Source of the DNA: Candidatus Obscuribacteraceae bacterium
GTDB lineage: Bacteria; Cyanobacteriota; Vampirovibrionia; Obscuribacterales; Obscuribacteraceae
DNA: 64,000 nt
Reading direction: 5' to 3'
Assembly: GCA_044226015.1 (NCBI GenBank)
Contig: JBGAHS010000004.1
Span: 96,001-160,000 of the forward strand
Within the stretch, counting starts at the first letter, position 1; each line of letters opens with the position of its first letter. Position numbers and translations under genes: made by a program. The notes under the pieces were generated by a model, which was given only the letters and a program-made list of their open reading frames with translations, was not told the origin of the DNA and ran no database searches. Positions 10,656 to 20,563 of the stretch are shown piece by piece.

Positions 10656-11546
10656 TCAGCAGCCCTCTGATTTCACCAATTTTGTGAAGTTGCGCAGAGC
10701 AGGATTGGGATTGTCTTTTCGCCACACCGTTCGCAGTTCCAACTTGGGGCGAAAGTTCTTTATCTGGAGTAGTTTTACATTGTGTGGTTTTCGTCCGAAT
10801 GCCGCTTCGGTGATAAACGTTACTCCAACTCCGGCTGAAGCAAGGCTTAGCATGGCGCTTTCGGTGAAGGCTTCTTGCACTACATTTAGGGTGATTCCTG
10901 ACTTTGAACATTCTGCAAGAACCATGTCGTAGAACATGGGGGCCATGTCTCGTTTGATCCAAACTACAGGGACCCCATCAAGATCGGACAGGTTGATACT
11001 GCTTCGTTTTGATAGAGGGTTGCTTGTTGAAACTGCAATGACTACTTTCTCAATGTTCAGAGAATGCTGTTCGATTGTTGGCAAATCTCGTGGCAGCCAG
11101 TACATAAAACCTGCGTCTATAGTCCCTTTAGTAAGCATTTCTCCTTGCAAAAGTGAGCTGGCTGGTATCAATTCCAGGTCAACTTGCGGATGTTTTTCAC
11201 GGAACTTTTTCACTACCTGCGGCATGTGCCCACTGTATGTTGCGCCGTCTGCAAAGCCCAGTCGAAGCGAGCCTGTCACGCCTCTGGCAGTATTTTGAGC
11301 CGCCACTATAGAGCGATCTAACTCATCGATGAGAGCAGAAGCTTTCGCTTGCAGCACTTTTCCAGCTGGTGTCAAACGCACTCCACGCGAAACACGTTCG
11401 AACAGGAGAAGACCTAATTCATCCTCAAGCTGCTTAATCTGCCTACTAAGGGCAGGCTGCACTATGTTCAGTTCTTGTGATGCTTTGCCGAAGTGCTCAT
11501 GCCTGGCCACTGATAGAAAGTAATGTAGTTGCCTAAATTCGATCAT
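10656..11546 (-). CDS. LysR-family transcriptional regulator
   Basis: FRQLHYFLSVA..EHFGKASQEL.IVQPALSRQIKQLEDELG HTH plus substrate-binding domain. Confidence 0.95.
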   Translation of the reverse strand: MIEFRQLHYFLSVARHEHFGKASQELNIVQPALSRQIKQLEDELGLLLFERVSRGVRLTPAGKVLQAKASALIDELDRSIVAAQNTARGVTGSLRLGFADGATYSGHMPQVVKKFREKHPQVDLELIPASSLLQGEMLTKGTIDAGFMYWLPRDLPTIEQHSLNIEKVVIAVSTSNPLSKRSSINLSDLDGVPVVWIKRDMAPMFYDMVLAECSKSGITLNVVQEAFTESAMLSLASAGVGVTFITEAAFGRKPHNVKLLQIKNFRPKLELRTVWRKDNPNPALRNFTKLVKSEGC

Positions 11547-11573
11547 TTATTGATACCGATTTGCTATCAATAA
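11547..11573. promoter_or_regulatory. LysR recognition site (T-N11-A inverted repeat)
   Basis: Perfect inverted repeat TTATTGATA-N9-TATCAATAA abutting the lysR start codon, in the divergent lysR/GNAT spacer. Confidence 0.75.
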
Positions 11574-11681
11574 TCATTATATTAGGTATTGGACGCTATT
11601 GAATGCAAGTGGCAGAATATCTGTCAGCTTGATTGATGCGCGTCTCAAGTAACGACACATTTAGAATTTGGGAGATAGGGA

Positions 11682-12185
11682 ATGCAATTGAGTATGACAA
11701 AGTTCAATGTAGTTGAATATGATGAGCGCTATCACGAGCAGGTAGTGGCTCTTGTTTCGCCGATTCAACAGATTGAATTCAATGTGCCAATTTCTGTTGA
11801 GGAACAGCCCGATTTGATGGACATTTCTGGAACCTTTAAGAAAGGCGACGGCAATTTTTGGATCTGTATCTGTGATGGTGAGCTTGTGGGTTGCGTGGGA
11901 CTGGTTGATATTGGCGAACAGAGCGTTGCACTGAAGAAGATGTTTGTCCGTGCCGATATGCGCGGAAAGGGGATTGGTGTCTCGGCTGCATTGCTCAATC
12001 ATGCCAAACAGTGGTGCTTCGATAAGCGTATCAAGACGATCTACTTAGGTTCGGTGGACCAAATGAAAGCCGCACATCGCTTCTACGAAAAAAATGGTTT
12101 CACTGAAATTGCTGTCGATAAGCTGCCCGCGAGTTTTCCAATCGTGAACGTTGACACCAAGTTTTACGTTTGTTCTTTGAGCTAG
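11682..12185 (+). CDS. GNAT N-acetyltransferase
   Basis: LKKMFVRADMRGKG acetyl-CoA motif and AAHRFYEKNGF; divergent from lysR. Confidence 0.9.
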   Translation: MQLSMTKFNVVEYDERYHEQVVALVSPIQQIEFNVPISVEEQPDLMDISGTFKKGDGNFWICICDGELVGCVGLVDIGEQSVALKKMFVRADMRGKGIGVSAALLNHAKQWCFDKRIKTIYLGSVDQMKAAHRFYEKNGFTEIAVDKLPASFPIVNVDTKFYVCSLS

Positions 12186-12409
12186 TCTGTCGCAGCTGCT
12201 CTTGTGGATTTAGCTTTGTTGTCTGAGTTCAGGACAACCTTGTCTGAGATTAAATTTTTCGCTAATCGAATCGCTTGCTGGGGTCGACCCGGAAAAGGTC
12301 GCAAATAAAGATTTTGGGTCCAGCTGTTGAGGTGGGTGTTTGCGTGTAGGCAAAAGTGTGTATTGACTGACACTTTTCGACTCAATAGATTAATATCTGG
12401 AGGGATTCT

Positions 12410-13042
12410 ATGTTTACCGCAGACGAAGGCGAAGGATGGCAGCAGCTAGGAGATGGGTTGATGCCCAGCTCTTCAAAAGATGCTGGCGTTATGTTGGAAG
12501 GCTTTCACAAAATCGGTGAACAAACGGTCAGTGGGCTTTTCGGGCAAACTGCGATGCCTGACTTGAAGGATGCTCTTGGTGCTATGTTTGGCTCCAAGCC
12601 CGTTCAGGTCGGAGAACTGCCTAAGGTTGATTTCTTTGATTCAGGCTCGTCTGCAGCGGTTTCCGGCGCGGAAGCTGTTCCGGGCGCCGAACCATCTGGA
12701 ATGATGCAAGCTGGTGCTGGAGGCACTGTGGAAACCTTGCAAACCGTAGACACAAACGTTCAGGCAACCGCTGGTGGCGATAGTGTCTCCGGGCTCAGCG
12801 ATGCAACTAATCCTCTTGGCGATATCGGAAAAGCCGTGACAGACCTTGTAGGAAAGATGACTGACATGTTCGGATCTCTTGCACAGGGTCCCATGGGGCT
12901 ACTCGGTTCACTTTTGAACTTCTTGCTTACAGTCTTTACGGAGATACTGTCATCTATCGGAACCGCTGTGGCAGAGACCGCACGGGCTGCCGCCTCCATG
13001 GCTGCTGAAGCTTGGAAGAAGCACCTTGAAGCTACTGTGTAA
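12410..13042 (+). CDS. Hypothetical protein with C-terminal hydrophobic/amphipathic helix
   Basis: GGAGG RBS upstream; 210-aa ORF; hydrophobic segment GLLGSLLNFLLTVF. Confidence 0.7.
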   Translation: MFTADEGEGWQQLGDGLMPSSSKDAGVMLEGFHKIGEQTVSGLFGQTAMPDLKDALGAMFGSKPVQVGELPKVDFFDSGSSAAVSGAEAVPGAEPSGMMQAGAGGTVETLQTVDTNVQATAGGDSVSGLSDATNPLGDIGKAVTDLVGKMTDMFGSLAQGPMGLLGSLLNFLLTVFTEILSSIGTAVAETARAAASMAAEAWKKHLEATV

Positions 13043-13067
13043 GATTCGCTTGATCCCCTTTTAAATG

Positions 13068-13076
13068 TGCTATATT
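13068..13076 (+). promoter_or_regulatory. Putative extended -10 promoter of tRNA-Ser
   Basis: TGcTATATT about 36 nt upstream of the tRNA. Confidence 0.4.
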
Positions 13077-13111
13077 CATTTATGTTCTCCCGGAGAAACA
13101 TATTTTGCCGT

Positions 13112-13201
13112 GGAGAGGTGGCTGAGTGGTCGAAAGCGGCTTCCTGCTAAGAAGTTGTACGGTCAAAAACTGTACCGTGGGTTCAAATCCCACCCTCTCC
13201 G
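13112..13201 (+). tRNA. tRNA-Ser (anticodon GCT)
   Basis: GGAGAGG/CCTCTCC acceptor stem, anticodon stem GCTTC/GAAGT with loop CTGCTAA, long variable arm (GTACGG/CTGTAC), GGTTCAAATCC T-arm, discriminator G; CCA not encoded. Confidence 0.97.
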
Positions 13202-13209
13202 AATCTTTG

Positions 13210-13234
13210 AGCCCTGCCTAGCAGGGCTTTTTTT
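13210..13234 (+). terminator. Intrinsic terminator after tRNA-Ser
   Basis: AGCCCTGC-cta-GCAGGGCT followed by a T run. Confidence 0.85.
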
Positions 13235-13280
13235 ATGAAGCCTGGCAGTTTCCGTTCAGTACTGGCCTAGAATCTGTTTC

Positions 13281-13889
13281 TTAGTTGCTTATGACTGCCA
13301 GGTAGAGCATGGGCTCGTCTCTGAAAAGTGTAATTGTCATCTTAAGTTCAGAGCACCATTTCTCTAGAGTCTCACGGCTTGGCAAGAGCGAGAAAATCAA
13401 GTCAGGCTCGGCTTCTTTCAGTTGTCCAACAAAATCATTACCCATAGGATGGCTAATAGCAATTCGCCCTCCTTTGTTGAGCAGGTCGCGGCTTCGCTTC
13501 AGGACAGAAAGCTGATCAAAGATATTTCCAAAACAAGCGTTGAACACAATTAGATCAAACTTGCCGAAGCTCTCTGGAAGTTCCAAAATGTCTCCGTTCC
13601 AGAAGCTAACTTCTGGAAATCGGCGCTGTGCCTCGCCCAACATTTCGGCACTGAGGTCGCAGCCCACAATATTGGTGTAAGGCAGTCCAAGCTCATGGTA
13701 GTAAATCAAAAAAGCTCCGATTCCCGTGCCAACGTCGAGCAGTCGGATATCTTTCGCTGTGATGAGGCTGCGCGTTATTTCGCGGCTGCGGTTGATTACA
13801 TCTTCCGGAATAGGGCGCTTGAAAAAGTCGACATTTTTGTTGAAGTAGTCTCTCTGAAAGCTGACGTGCTCGTTTTTATCTTTCGTCAA
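13281..13889 (-). CDS. Class I SAM-dependent methyltransferase
   Basis: LLDVGTGIG motif I, GCDLSAEML, FDLIV. Confidence 0.88.
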   Translation of the reverse strand: MTKDKNEHVSFQRDYFNKNVDFFKRPIPEDVINRSREITRSLITAKDIRLLDVGTGIGAFLIYYHELGLPYTNIVGCDLSAEMLGEAQRRFPEVSFWNGDILELPESFGKFDLIVFNACFGNIFDQLSVLKRSRDLLNKGGRIAISHPMGNDFVGQLKEAEPDLIFSLLPSRETLEKWCSELKMTITLFRDEPMLYLAVISN

Positions 13890-14096
13890 TTCAATAGCTC
13901 CGCGAGAAACACAAGGTCATTATCGCACGCCTTCCTCGTTCTGAAAACTCACTGAGTTTATTTGTGGTATTGCATGCGGTGGCAGAGCTTTGCTGCTTGA
14001 GGTGAACTGTTAGATCAGCGTTTAACAACTTCGTTTCTTTGCTTAACTTGCGCCCTCTGTCGTTGATTCCTTACATTTATTTGTCATACTAAGTAT

Positions 14097-15758
14097 GTGG
14101 AAGATGTATCGAAAATTTTGGCGGAGTTATTGCTGGCAATCGAGCTGGAGGCAACTGCATCGGCGCTTCAATCTCCGTTGGAACACAAACTCTCGAGCGG
14201 TCGCAAAAGCGGCAAATACAAAAATTACTACCTCTATGATTTCGATACGGAGACTGAATACCTCGATATCGATGTCGATAATGACAGCTTAGGACTAATG
14301 ATAAAGTCCGACGTGCAATCTGTTTCGCTGGCCCAACGGCGCGATTTTGGTATTACTTTGAAGTCTGAAAAAGACTTTGGAGACGAGCTGCCCACTTGCA
14401 GTCTCTGGGTGCGTTCTGGTTTGGTTTTGCGCGCTTTGAAGCGAAAACTCGAAGCCACCGCGCACGATTTGAGGCGCTTTCGACTACCAAGGGAAGTCTT
14501 CCAAAGGGTGAGCCGTAAAATATCAAACAACGAAATCGCTAATTTCACAAGAAGCGAGCCACCGCCCACTGTCAGCCAGCGTGCAGCGATCGAAAGCTCT
14601 TTTCACAACTCGCTTGCGATATTGCAATTTAGTCCGCAAACAGCCGCTTCCAAGTTGATTACTGTTACTCAGTGCATTGAAACACACCTGAATGCTGGAA
14701 GGCGAGTTTTGTTTTTGAGCAGTGGTGATCAGTTTCTAGATGTGGCGCTGGCCGGCATCATCGAGTTGTTGAAAAATAGCTTTTATAAGAGCTCTCAGAT
14801 GGTGAGGTTGGGTGTGCCCAGCCATGAGAGTTTTAGCGATTTCTTTCCGTTGGTTTCAGCTGAGAAACTTGCAGAACGCGAAAATGAGCATCGACAGGAC
14901 ATTGCTTTGCAGGTTGAAGAGGAAATCAACGAGTGCCAGGTCATTTTAGACCTGTTTGAGATGCTGCGGAAGCAAGAAAAAACGCTTGCTTCCATGCATG
15001 CTGAGATGAATACTCTTCAAGCTAAATTGGCACAGCAGGCACTTATCCGCAAGCAAGTCGTAGCTGAGTACAACCAGCTGAATGCTCATTACAAATTGTT
15101 GGGTCTTGATGCAGATAATTACGCCACGGCTGGTGATTGGTTGAAGAGAGAAGCTGATGCTTTACTGGGTGACATGGAGAGTCGCGTAGACCGTGTAAAT
15201 AATCTTGATGCAGTGACACAGGGTTTGATGCAAGAGTTCGAAAAGCTGAATGCATCCTATGTTGACCAGCTGAGTTTGAGGCAGGAAAAAATGACCCAGC
15301 ACCAGCTGAGTGATTTGTCCACTGCTGAATTAGAGTCTGTAGAGCTGGCTATTTTTCAAAGACTATCTCATCTTCAGGGGCAAGTACAGGAAATCAGGTC
15401 ATTACCTGATGTAGACGCGTGGGAGCAGATATGTCGGTGCCGCTTCGTGGCTACAACTCTCTCTAGAGCTGCGATGATGGACCGCGAGGATTTTGATTTC
15501 GACGTGGTGTTTATCGAGGGAGCTGACACGGCGCCGGCTTCTTTTGTGTTTTGGGCGGCATCACTGGCATCAAAGGCTATAACTCTCTACGGTGACTTTC
15601 ATGCTAGCCCACGCAAGCCTACCTGTTCAGAAGCTGCTGTCAAAAAATGGTTTGGAGAGAACGTTTTGGATCGCATGGAGCTGCGAAGCAAGCATGCGAT
15701 AGCCAATTGTGCATTTTTAACTATAGTGGAGCCTTATCTGAAGGGGTCTGAAAGCTGA
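14097..15758 (+). CDS. Degenerate Upf1/DNA2-like (SF1) helicase fragment with coiled-coil insertion
   Basis: Recognisable SQRAAI, GRRVLFLSS, MVRLG, FVATTLSR, FDVVFIEG, ITLYGDF elements in the right order; Walker A/B altered; second RecA domain absent. Confidence 0.65.
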   Translation: MEDVSKILAELLLAIELEATASALQSPLEHKLSSGRKSGKYKNYYLYDFDTETEYLDIDVDNDSLGLMIKSDVQSVSLAQRRDFGITLKSEKDFGDELPTCSLWVRSGLVLRALKRKLEATAHDLRRFRLPREVFQRVSRKISNNEIANFTRSEPPPTVSQRAAIESSFHNSLAILQFSPQTAASKLITVTQCIETHLNAGRRVLFLSSGDQFLDVALAGIIELLKNSFYKSSQMVRLGVPSHESFSDFFPLVSAEKLAERENEHRQDIALQVEEEINECQVILDLFEMLRKQEKTLASMHAEMNTLQAKLAQQALIRKQVVAEYNQLNAHYKLLGLDADNYATAGDWLKREADALLGDMESRVDRVNNLDAVTQGLMQEFEKLNASYVDQLSLRQEKMTQHQLSDLSTAELESVELAIFQRLSHLQGQVQEIRSLPDVDAWEQICRCRFVATTLSRAAMMDREDFDFDVVFIEGADTAPASFVFWAASLASKAITLYGDFHASPRKPTCSEAAVKKWFGENVLDRMELRSKHAIANCAFLTIVEPYLKGSES

Positions 15759-15872
15759 ACTCTGCCATAGTCGGGAAATTTGCTCTTCTACAGCTAAAAT
15801 GAACCTATGTCCACACTGGCTAAGCTAGCTTAAACTTGGTATCTTCTTAGCTAGTGGATTAATTGGACGTAA

Positions 15873-16796
15873 ATGAACACACAGTTGATTAAGTCAAAGT
15901 TTGTAACTGCTAAAACCTTTTGGCTTCTGCTTGGAATTTTGTTCGTTTCTATTTTTCTGCGCGACTTTCCTGTTTTGAATTGGTTTTTCGCGCCGTTTAA
16001 CCAATTTGAAGTACTTCTGCATGAAGCGAGCCACGCCATCGCATGCGTCTTCACTGGTGGCTCTGTTTCAGGTTTGACTATAGTAGAAGATGGAAATGGA
16101 CATGGCGGTCTGACTTTTACACATGGTGGCATTCCATTCATCTATTCGCAAGCAGGCTACATCGGGGAAACTCTATGGGGCTGCTTTCTCATAGCCGTTG
16201 CTAGATTTCCCAACCTTTCAAGGACTGCTTTAGTTCTTTTTGGAATTGGAGTCGGCCTTGTAAGTTTGGTCTTCATGTCGGGCGCGCTCTTTGCACCAGG
16301 AATGTTCTTGCAAGCTGCTGGTTCTATAGTCTGGGGGGTAGCTATATCGGCTCTGCTCGTTTGGATCGGTATGAAGTTTTCCGACAAGTGGGCACATGCA
16401 ATTCTTTTGTTCATCGCGGTTCAATCTTGCTTGAGTTCTCTGCAGGGAGTCTGGGTTTTGTTCTTGCAGTCTCTTGGATTTTTTCCCGGCACCTGGTCTG
16501 ATGCGACAAATATGCAAAGACTGACCGGAATTCCCGCCGCATTCTGGGGCATAGGCTGGTCCTTATTCTCAATTTTTATGCTGGGTTTGATGCTCTATTG
16601 GTCTTTCAAGGCTGACCACGCGGCTGGGGCTCAATCAAAGAACGGTGACAAGATCAAACTTTCAATTGACCCGGCACAGCAGGTCAAGAAAATCAACGCA
16701 CAGGCGGATATCGAGGCAGAGCTTTCCCATTTGCACCAGACGCTTGATGCTGGACAAAAGATCAACATCAAGAAAGAAGAACGCCACCGCAAGTAG
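15873..16796 (+). CDS. M50B-like membrane metallopeptidase
   Basis: LHEASHA HExxH motif, AGY.G and SDA motifs, multiple TM helices. Confidence 0.85.
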   Translation: MNTQLIKSKFVTAKTFWLLLGILFVSIFLRDFPVLNWFFAPFNQFEVLLHEASHAIACVFTGGSVSGLTIVEDGNGHGGLTFTHGGIPFIYSQAGYIGETLWGCFLIAVARFPNLSRTALVLFGIGVGLVSLVFMSGALFAPGMFLQAAGSIVWGVAISALLVWIGMKFSDKWAHAILLFIAVQSCLSSLQGVWVLFLQSLGFFPGTWSDATNMQRLTGIPAAFWGIGWSLFSIFMLGLMLYWSFKADHAAGAQSKNGDKIKLSIDPAQQVKKINAQADIEAELSHLHQTLDAGQKINIKKEERHRK

Positions 16797-16813
16797 TGGC
16801 GCAGTCCACTTGC

Positions 16814-17257
16814 TTATTTGTCCAGCAAAAATCTTTTGATGCGTTTGTCGCAGATGCAGGCATGGTCTGCTGCCAGGAATGCATCATTTTTGATGGGATC
16901 GTTCATTGCTTCCTCTCGGCTAAGCCCCTTGCCGAAGGTTCCCTCTTCATCAAGTTCAATTTTGGATGCATCGAAAATCATGAAGCTTGGACGCTCTTCG
17001 CCCATTCGGCATTCCAATCCGAGCATCTTTCGTTGCGCCTTCGCTTGCTCGCTTGAAAAATTGCCAATACTGACAAGCATTTTTAGTCCTCTATCCAGAT
17101 GTCCGGGCGTCCAGGCGGCATAGTAAGCAGCATGAGCTTTACCGTTCTTTGAAACATAACCCCAGACGGAGATTGCATGTTCGTTGCAATCAGAACATTT
17201 TTCGAGTTTGGCGCTTTCGCCTTCCTCAATGCTGAGACCGGGAATTGGAGCCCACAT
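16814..17257 (-). CDS. Hypothetical protein (CxxC)
   Basis: 147-aa ORF with AAAGGT RBS-like site; CSDC...VWGYV; convergent with the M50 gene. Confidence 0.65.
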   Translation of the reverse strand: MWAPIPGLSIEEGESAKLEKCSDCNEHAISVWGYVSKNGKAHAAYYAAWTPGHLDRGLKMLVSIGNFSSEQAKAQRKMLGLECRMGEERPSFMIFDASKIELDEEGTFGKGLSREEAMNDPIKNDAFLAADHACICDKRIKRFLLDK

Positions 17258-17370
17258 TTAACATACCTTTTGAAACTAGAGCCAGTTTAGGAGAATGAGT
17301 CTCTTTATTCAAGCTCATTTTGGTGAGATGGCGCAGGTATATAATGTTCGCGTTGTTTCTAAGAGAGGAC

Positions 17371-19041
17371 ATGATGCGTCTCGTTGAATGTGTGCCCAAT
17401 TTCAGTGAAGGTAGAAGTCAGAAAGTTCTTGATGCAATTGCAGAGGCAATTGTCAGCGTTGAAGGGGTGCGCTTACTTGATGTTGACCCTGGTAAATCAA
17501 CCAACCGAACTGTTTTTACATTCGTGGGCGAGCCCGAGCCTGTATCAAACGCCGCATTCCTGGCGATAAGCAAGGCCGCAACGCTAATCGACATGCGCAC
17601 TCACAAAGGTGAACATCCGCGTATGGGCGCGACCGATGTCTGTCCGTTCATTCCGATAGCAGGAATCTCCATGCAAGAGTGCGCTGCCCTGGCAAAGGCT
17701 CTAGGCAAGCGTGTGGGAGCAGAACTTGGTATTCCTGTATATTTGTATGCTGAAGCTGCGCAATCAGAAGAAAGACGGAATCTGGCTGATCTTCGGCAGG
17801 GCGAGTATGAGGGGCTGTCCGACAGGATGAAGAATGGTTTTCATCCAGACTTTGGTCCCAAAGAATTTAATGCACAAAGTGGTGCCACCGTCATTGGTGC
17901 TCGTCCATTTTTGATTGCATACAACGTCAATCTCAACACCAAGTCCAAAAAACTTGCCAACGATATAGCGCTAACCATCAGAGAAGCTGGAAGGGCGGCC
18001 CGAGACAGCGCTGGCAATATCATGAAGGATGAAAATGGGCAGACTCTAAAAACGCCTGGCACACTAAAAGCCTGCAAGGCGGTGGGTTGGTATGTTGATG
18101 AATATGGCAGAGCCCAGATTTCTATCAACCTTGTGGACTATCATCAAACCTCGATGGAAGCAGCATTTGATGAGTGCTCTAAGCAAGGAGAAAAACTTGG
18201 GCTGAGAGCCACCGGAAGCGAAATTGTTGGTATGGTGCCACTGGATGCGGTGCTTCAATCTGGACGCTATTATCTGAAAAAACAAGGGCGAAGCACTGGC
18301 GTTTCGGAAGCCGAACTCATCGCGAGTGCAGTAATGTCACTTGGTTTGGCTGAACTCAGCCCGTTTGATCCGCAAAAGAAAATCATCGAATACGCGATTC
18401 AACCCGAAGCAAAGCTTCTGCGCAAAATGACGCTCTGTGATTTTGCCGACGAGCTAGCAAGTGAATCTCCAGCGCCTGGTGGCGGCAGTGTTGCCGCTCT
18501 CTGTGGCTCTCTTTCAGCTTCTCTGGCTGCCATGGTAGCTAACTTGACTTTTGGCAAGAAAGGTTTCGAGTCACTCAACCCTCTCATGGATGAAACTGCG
18601 GTCAAAGCTCAGTCGCTTAAGCAAAAGTTCTTGCTCGCTATTGATCAAGACACTGCTGCCTTCAATAAGATTGCGCTGGCAAGCAAAATGGCTAAAGATA
18701 CTCCGGAAAATAAAAAGCTAAGAGTAGAAGCAATTGAACAAGCGCAAAAGGAAGCCACTCTAGTGCCATTCTCTGTTCTCAGCCTGGCGCTTGAGGCTAT
18801 AGCTCTAGCCGAAGAAATGTTCGAAAAGGGCAATCCTAATACCTTGAGTGATGCTGGAGTAGCCGGACTGACAGCTCGTGCATGTGGTGATGCAGCACTC
18901 TACAACGTATTAATTAACCTGCCAGGCGTTGCTGATCAGGATTTTGTCCAGGGCACAAAGTCAGAGTCCTTGCGCCTTGCTGCTTCGCTGCGTGAGCGAT
19001 GCGAAGCGCTGCACGCTAAGGCGCTTGGCAAGCTTGCCTAG
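17371..19041 (+). CDS. ftcD: Bifunctional glutamate formimidoyltransferase / formiminotetrahydrofolate cyclodeaminase
   Basis: ECVPNFSEGR, HKGEHPRMGA.DVCPF, GARPFLIAYNVNL, plus cyclodeaminase domain SESPAPGGGSVAAL...GNPN.LSDAGV. GAGAGGA RBS before ATG 17371. Confidence 0.93.
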   Translation: MMRLVECVPNFSEGRSQKVLDAIAEAIVSVEGVRLLDVDPGKSTNRTVFTFVGEPEPVSNAAFLAISKAATLIDMRTHKGEHPRMGATDVCPFIPIAGISMQECAALAKALGKRVGAELGIPVYLYAEAAQSEERRNLADLRQGEYEGLSDRMKNGFHPDFGPKEFNAQSGATVIGARPFLIAYNVNLNTKSKKLANDIALTIREAGRAARDSAGNIMKDENGQTLKTPGTLKACKAVGWYVDEYGRAQISINLVDYHQTSMEAAFDECSKQGEKLGLRATGSEIVGMVPLDAVLQSGRYYLKKQGRSTGVSEAELIASAVMSLGLAELSPFDPQKKIIEYAIQPEAKLLRKMTLCDFADELASESPAPGGGSVAALCGSLSASLAAMVANLTFGKKGFESLNPLMDETAVKAQSLKQKFLLAIDQDTAAFNKIALASKMAKDTPENKKLRVEAIEQAQKEATLVPFSVLSLALEAIALAEEMFEKGNPNTLSDAGVAGLTARACGDAALYNVLINLPGVADQDFVQGTKSESLRLAASLRERCEALHAKALGKLA

Positions 19042-19262
19042 TCCGCACTGTTTTGAACTCAGTTCCGCAATTAAAGGAACGCCAAGTTAAAGTGCCTATC
19101 GATGCAATTGATGGCCACTGATTGGCGGTATCTGAGTTGTTGTTGGCAACTCGTTATCTGCTCATTTTTATAAAAACAGTTAGAGCATGCTTAAGCAGCT
19201 GAAAGATGGGTTAAAACCTGCTTGAATATATGCTCTGGACTGACCAATTATAGAGATTAACT

Positions 19263-20555
19263 ATGAGCAAAACTGTTGACAAGTTGCCTGAATACACAGA
19301 ACTGAGAAATGAGTGGGAAACCGATGAGTTTCTGCAGATTCAGAAACGCTTTGATAAAGCTGCACAACTGCTCAAAATTGACAAAGAAATTTCGGCTCCG
19401 ATGCGTCACCCCAAAAGATGCTTGACTGTGATGGTGCCGACTCGCTTGGATGATGGTCGGGTCAGAACTTTTGTCGGTTATCGCGTACACCATGATGTGG
19501 CATTGGGACCCGGCAAAGGTGGCATTAGATATCACGAGAACACCAATCTGGGCGAAGTTGCCGCTATGGCAATGTTGATGACCTGGAAATGTGCCCTTTT
19601 AGACCTTCCGTTTGGCGGCGCTCACGGCGGAATAAATCTAAACCCGCATACGCTGAGTCAGCGTGAACTCGAGCGAGTCACAAGAAGATATACCTCGGAA
19701 ATTATTAGTTTGATTGGACCTGATTCCGACGTTCCGGGTCCTGACTTGAACACAAATCAGCAGACTATGGCGTGGATTATGGACACCTTCAGTGTCAATA
19801 AAGGCTACACGATACCATCAGTGGTGACAGGAAAACCGCGTCTTATTGGCGGCTCGCTGGGAATGCTCGAAGCTACTGGACATGGTGTTGCATTCTGCAC
19901 AAGAAAATTAGCTGAACATCTCAAGCTAGGAAAGTCACCGTCGGTAGTGATTCAGGGGATGGGTCAAGTCGGTTCAGTTGTAGCAACAAGCTTAAATCAA
20001 GCCGGTTTCACCGTGCTCGGAGTTTCGGATAGCTCTGGTGGTGTTTATGACAAGAACGGGCTGGATGTGCCAGCTCTATTGCGCCACGTTGAACAGCACA
20101 ACTCGCTGAAGAACTTCCCTGGTGGAAAAGAAGTCAGCAATGAAGAGCTGCTAGAACTGCAATGCGACATTCTCGTACCTTGTGCAGTTCCATATGTAAT
20201 TCACAAAGACAACGCAGCAAAGCTGAACTGTAAAGCTATTATCGAAGGCGCAAATGCTCCTGTGACGATCGACGCAGAGAAGATTCTTGCTGAAAGAAAC
20301 ATTCAGGTCTTCCCCGATGTTGTAGCAAATGCCTCTGGTGTGACGGCTGGCTATTTTGAGTGGGTGCAAGGCATCATGCATCTGTTCTGGACTGAACAAG
20401 AAGTTTACGAGCGTCTGGACAAGTTGATCAACAAAGCAACTGAGAAGACCCTTGCACGCGCTGAAGAGAAGAAAACAGATTTGCGCACAGCCGCTATCTC
20501 GCTAGCAGTTGAGCGCTTGTTTGAAGCTCGCAACGCTCGTGGCTTGTATCCATAG
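19263..20555 (+). CDS. Glu/Leu/Phe/Val dehydrogenase-family protein (GDH-like; catalytic Lys replaced by His)
   Basis: GYRVHH..LGPGKGGIRY, MTWKCA, VVTGKP, IEGANAP, YFEWVQ motifs; GGAHGG instead of GGAKGG. Confidence 0.9.
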   Translation: MSKTVDKLPEYTELRNEWETDEFLQIQKRFDKAAQLLKIDKEISAPMRHPKRCLTVMVPTRLDDGRVRTFVGYRVHHDVALGPGKGGIRYHENTNLGEVAAMAMLMTWKCALLDLPFGGAHGGINLNPHTLSQRELERVTRRYTSEIISLIGPDSDVPGPDLNTNQQTMAWIMDTFSVNKGYTIPSVVTGKPRLIGGSLGMLEATGHGVAFCTRKLAEHLKLGKSPSVVIQGMGQVGSVVATSLNQAGFTVLGVSDSSGGVYDKNGLDVPALLRHVEQHNSLKNFPGGKEVSNEELLELQCDILVPCAVPYVIHKDNAAKLNCKAIIEGANAPVTIDAEKILAERNIQVFPDVVANASGVTAGYFEWVQGIMHLFWTEQEVYERLDKLINKATEKTLARAEEKKTDLRTAAISLAVERLFEARNARGLYP

Positions 20556-20563
20556 TTCGCTTC

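Noticed and set aside
13112..15760. Genomic island integrated at tRNA-Ser
   Set aside because: No integrase, and I saw no duplicated tRNA 3' end; the tRNA is followed directly by its terminator.
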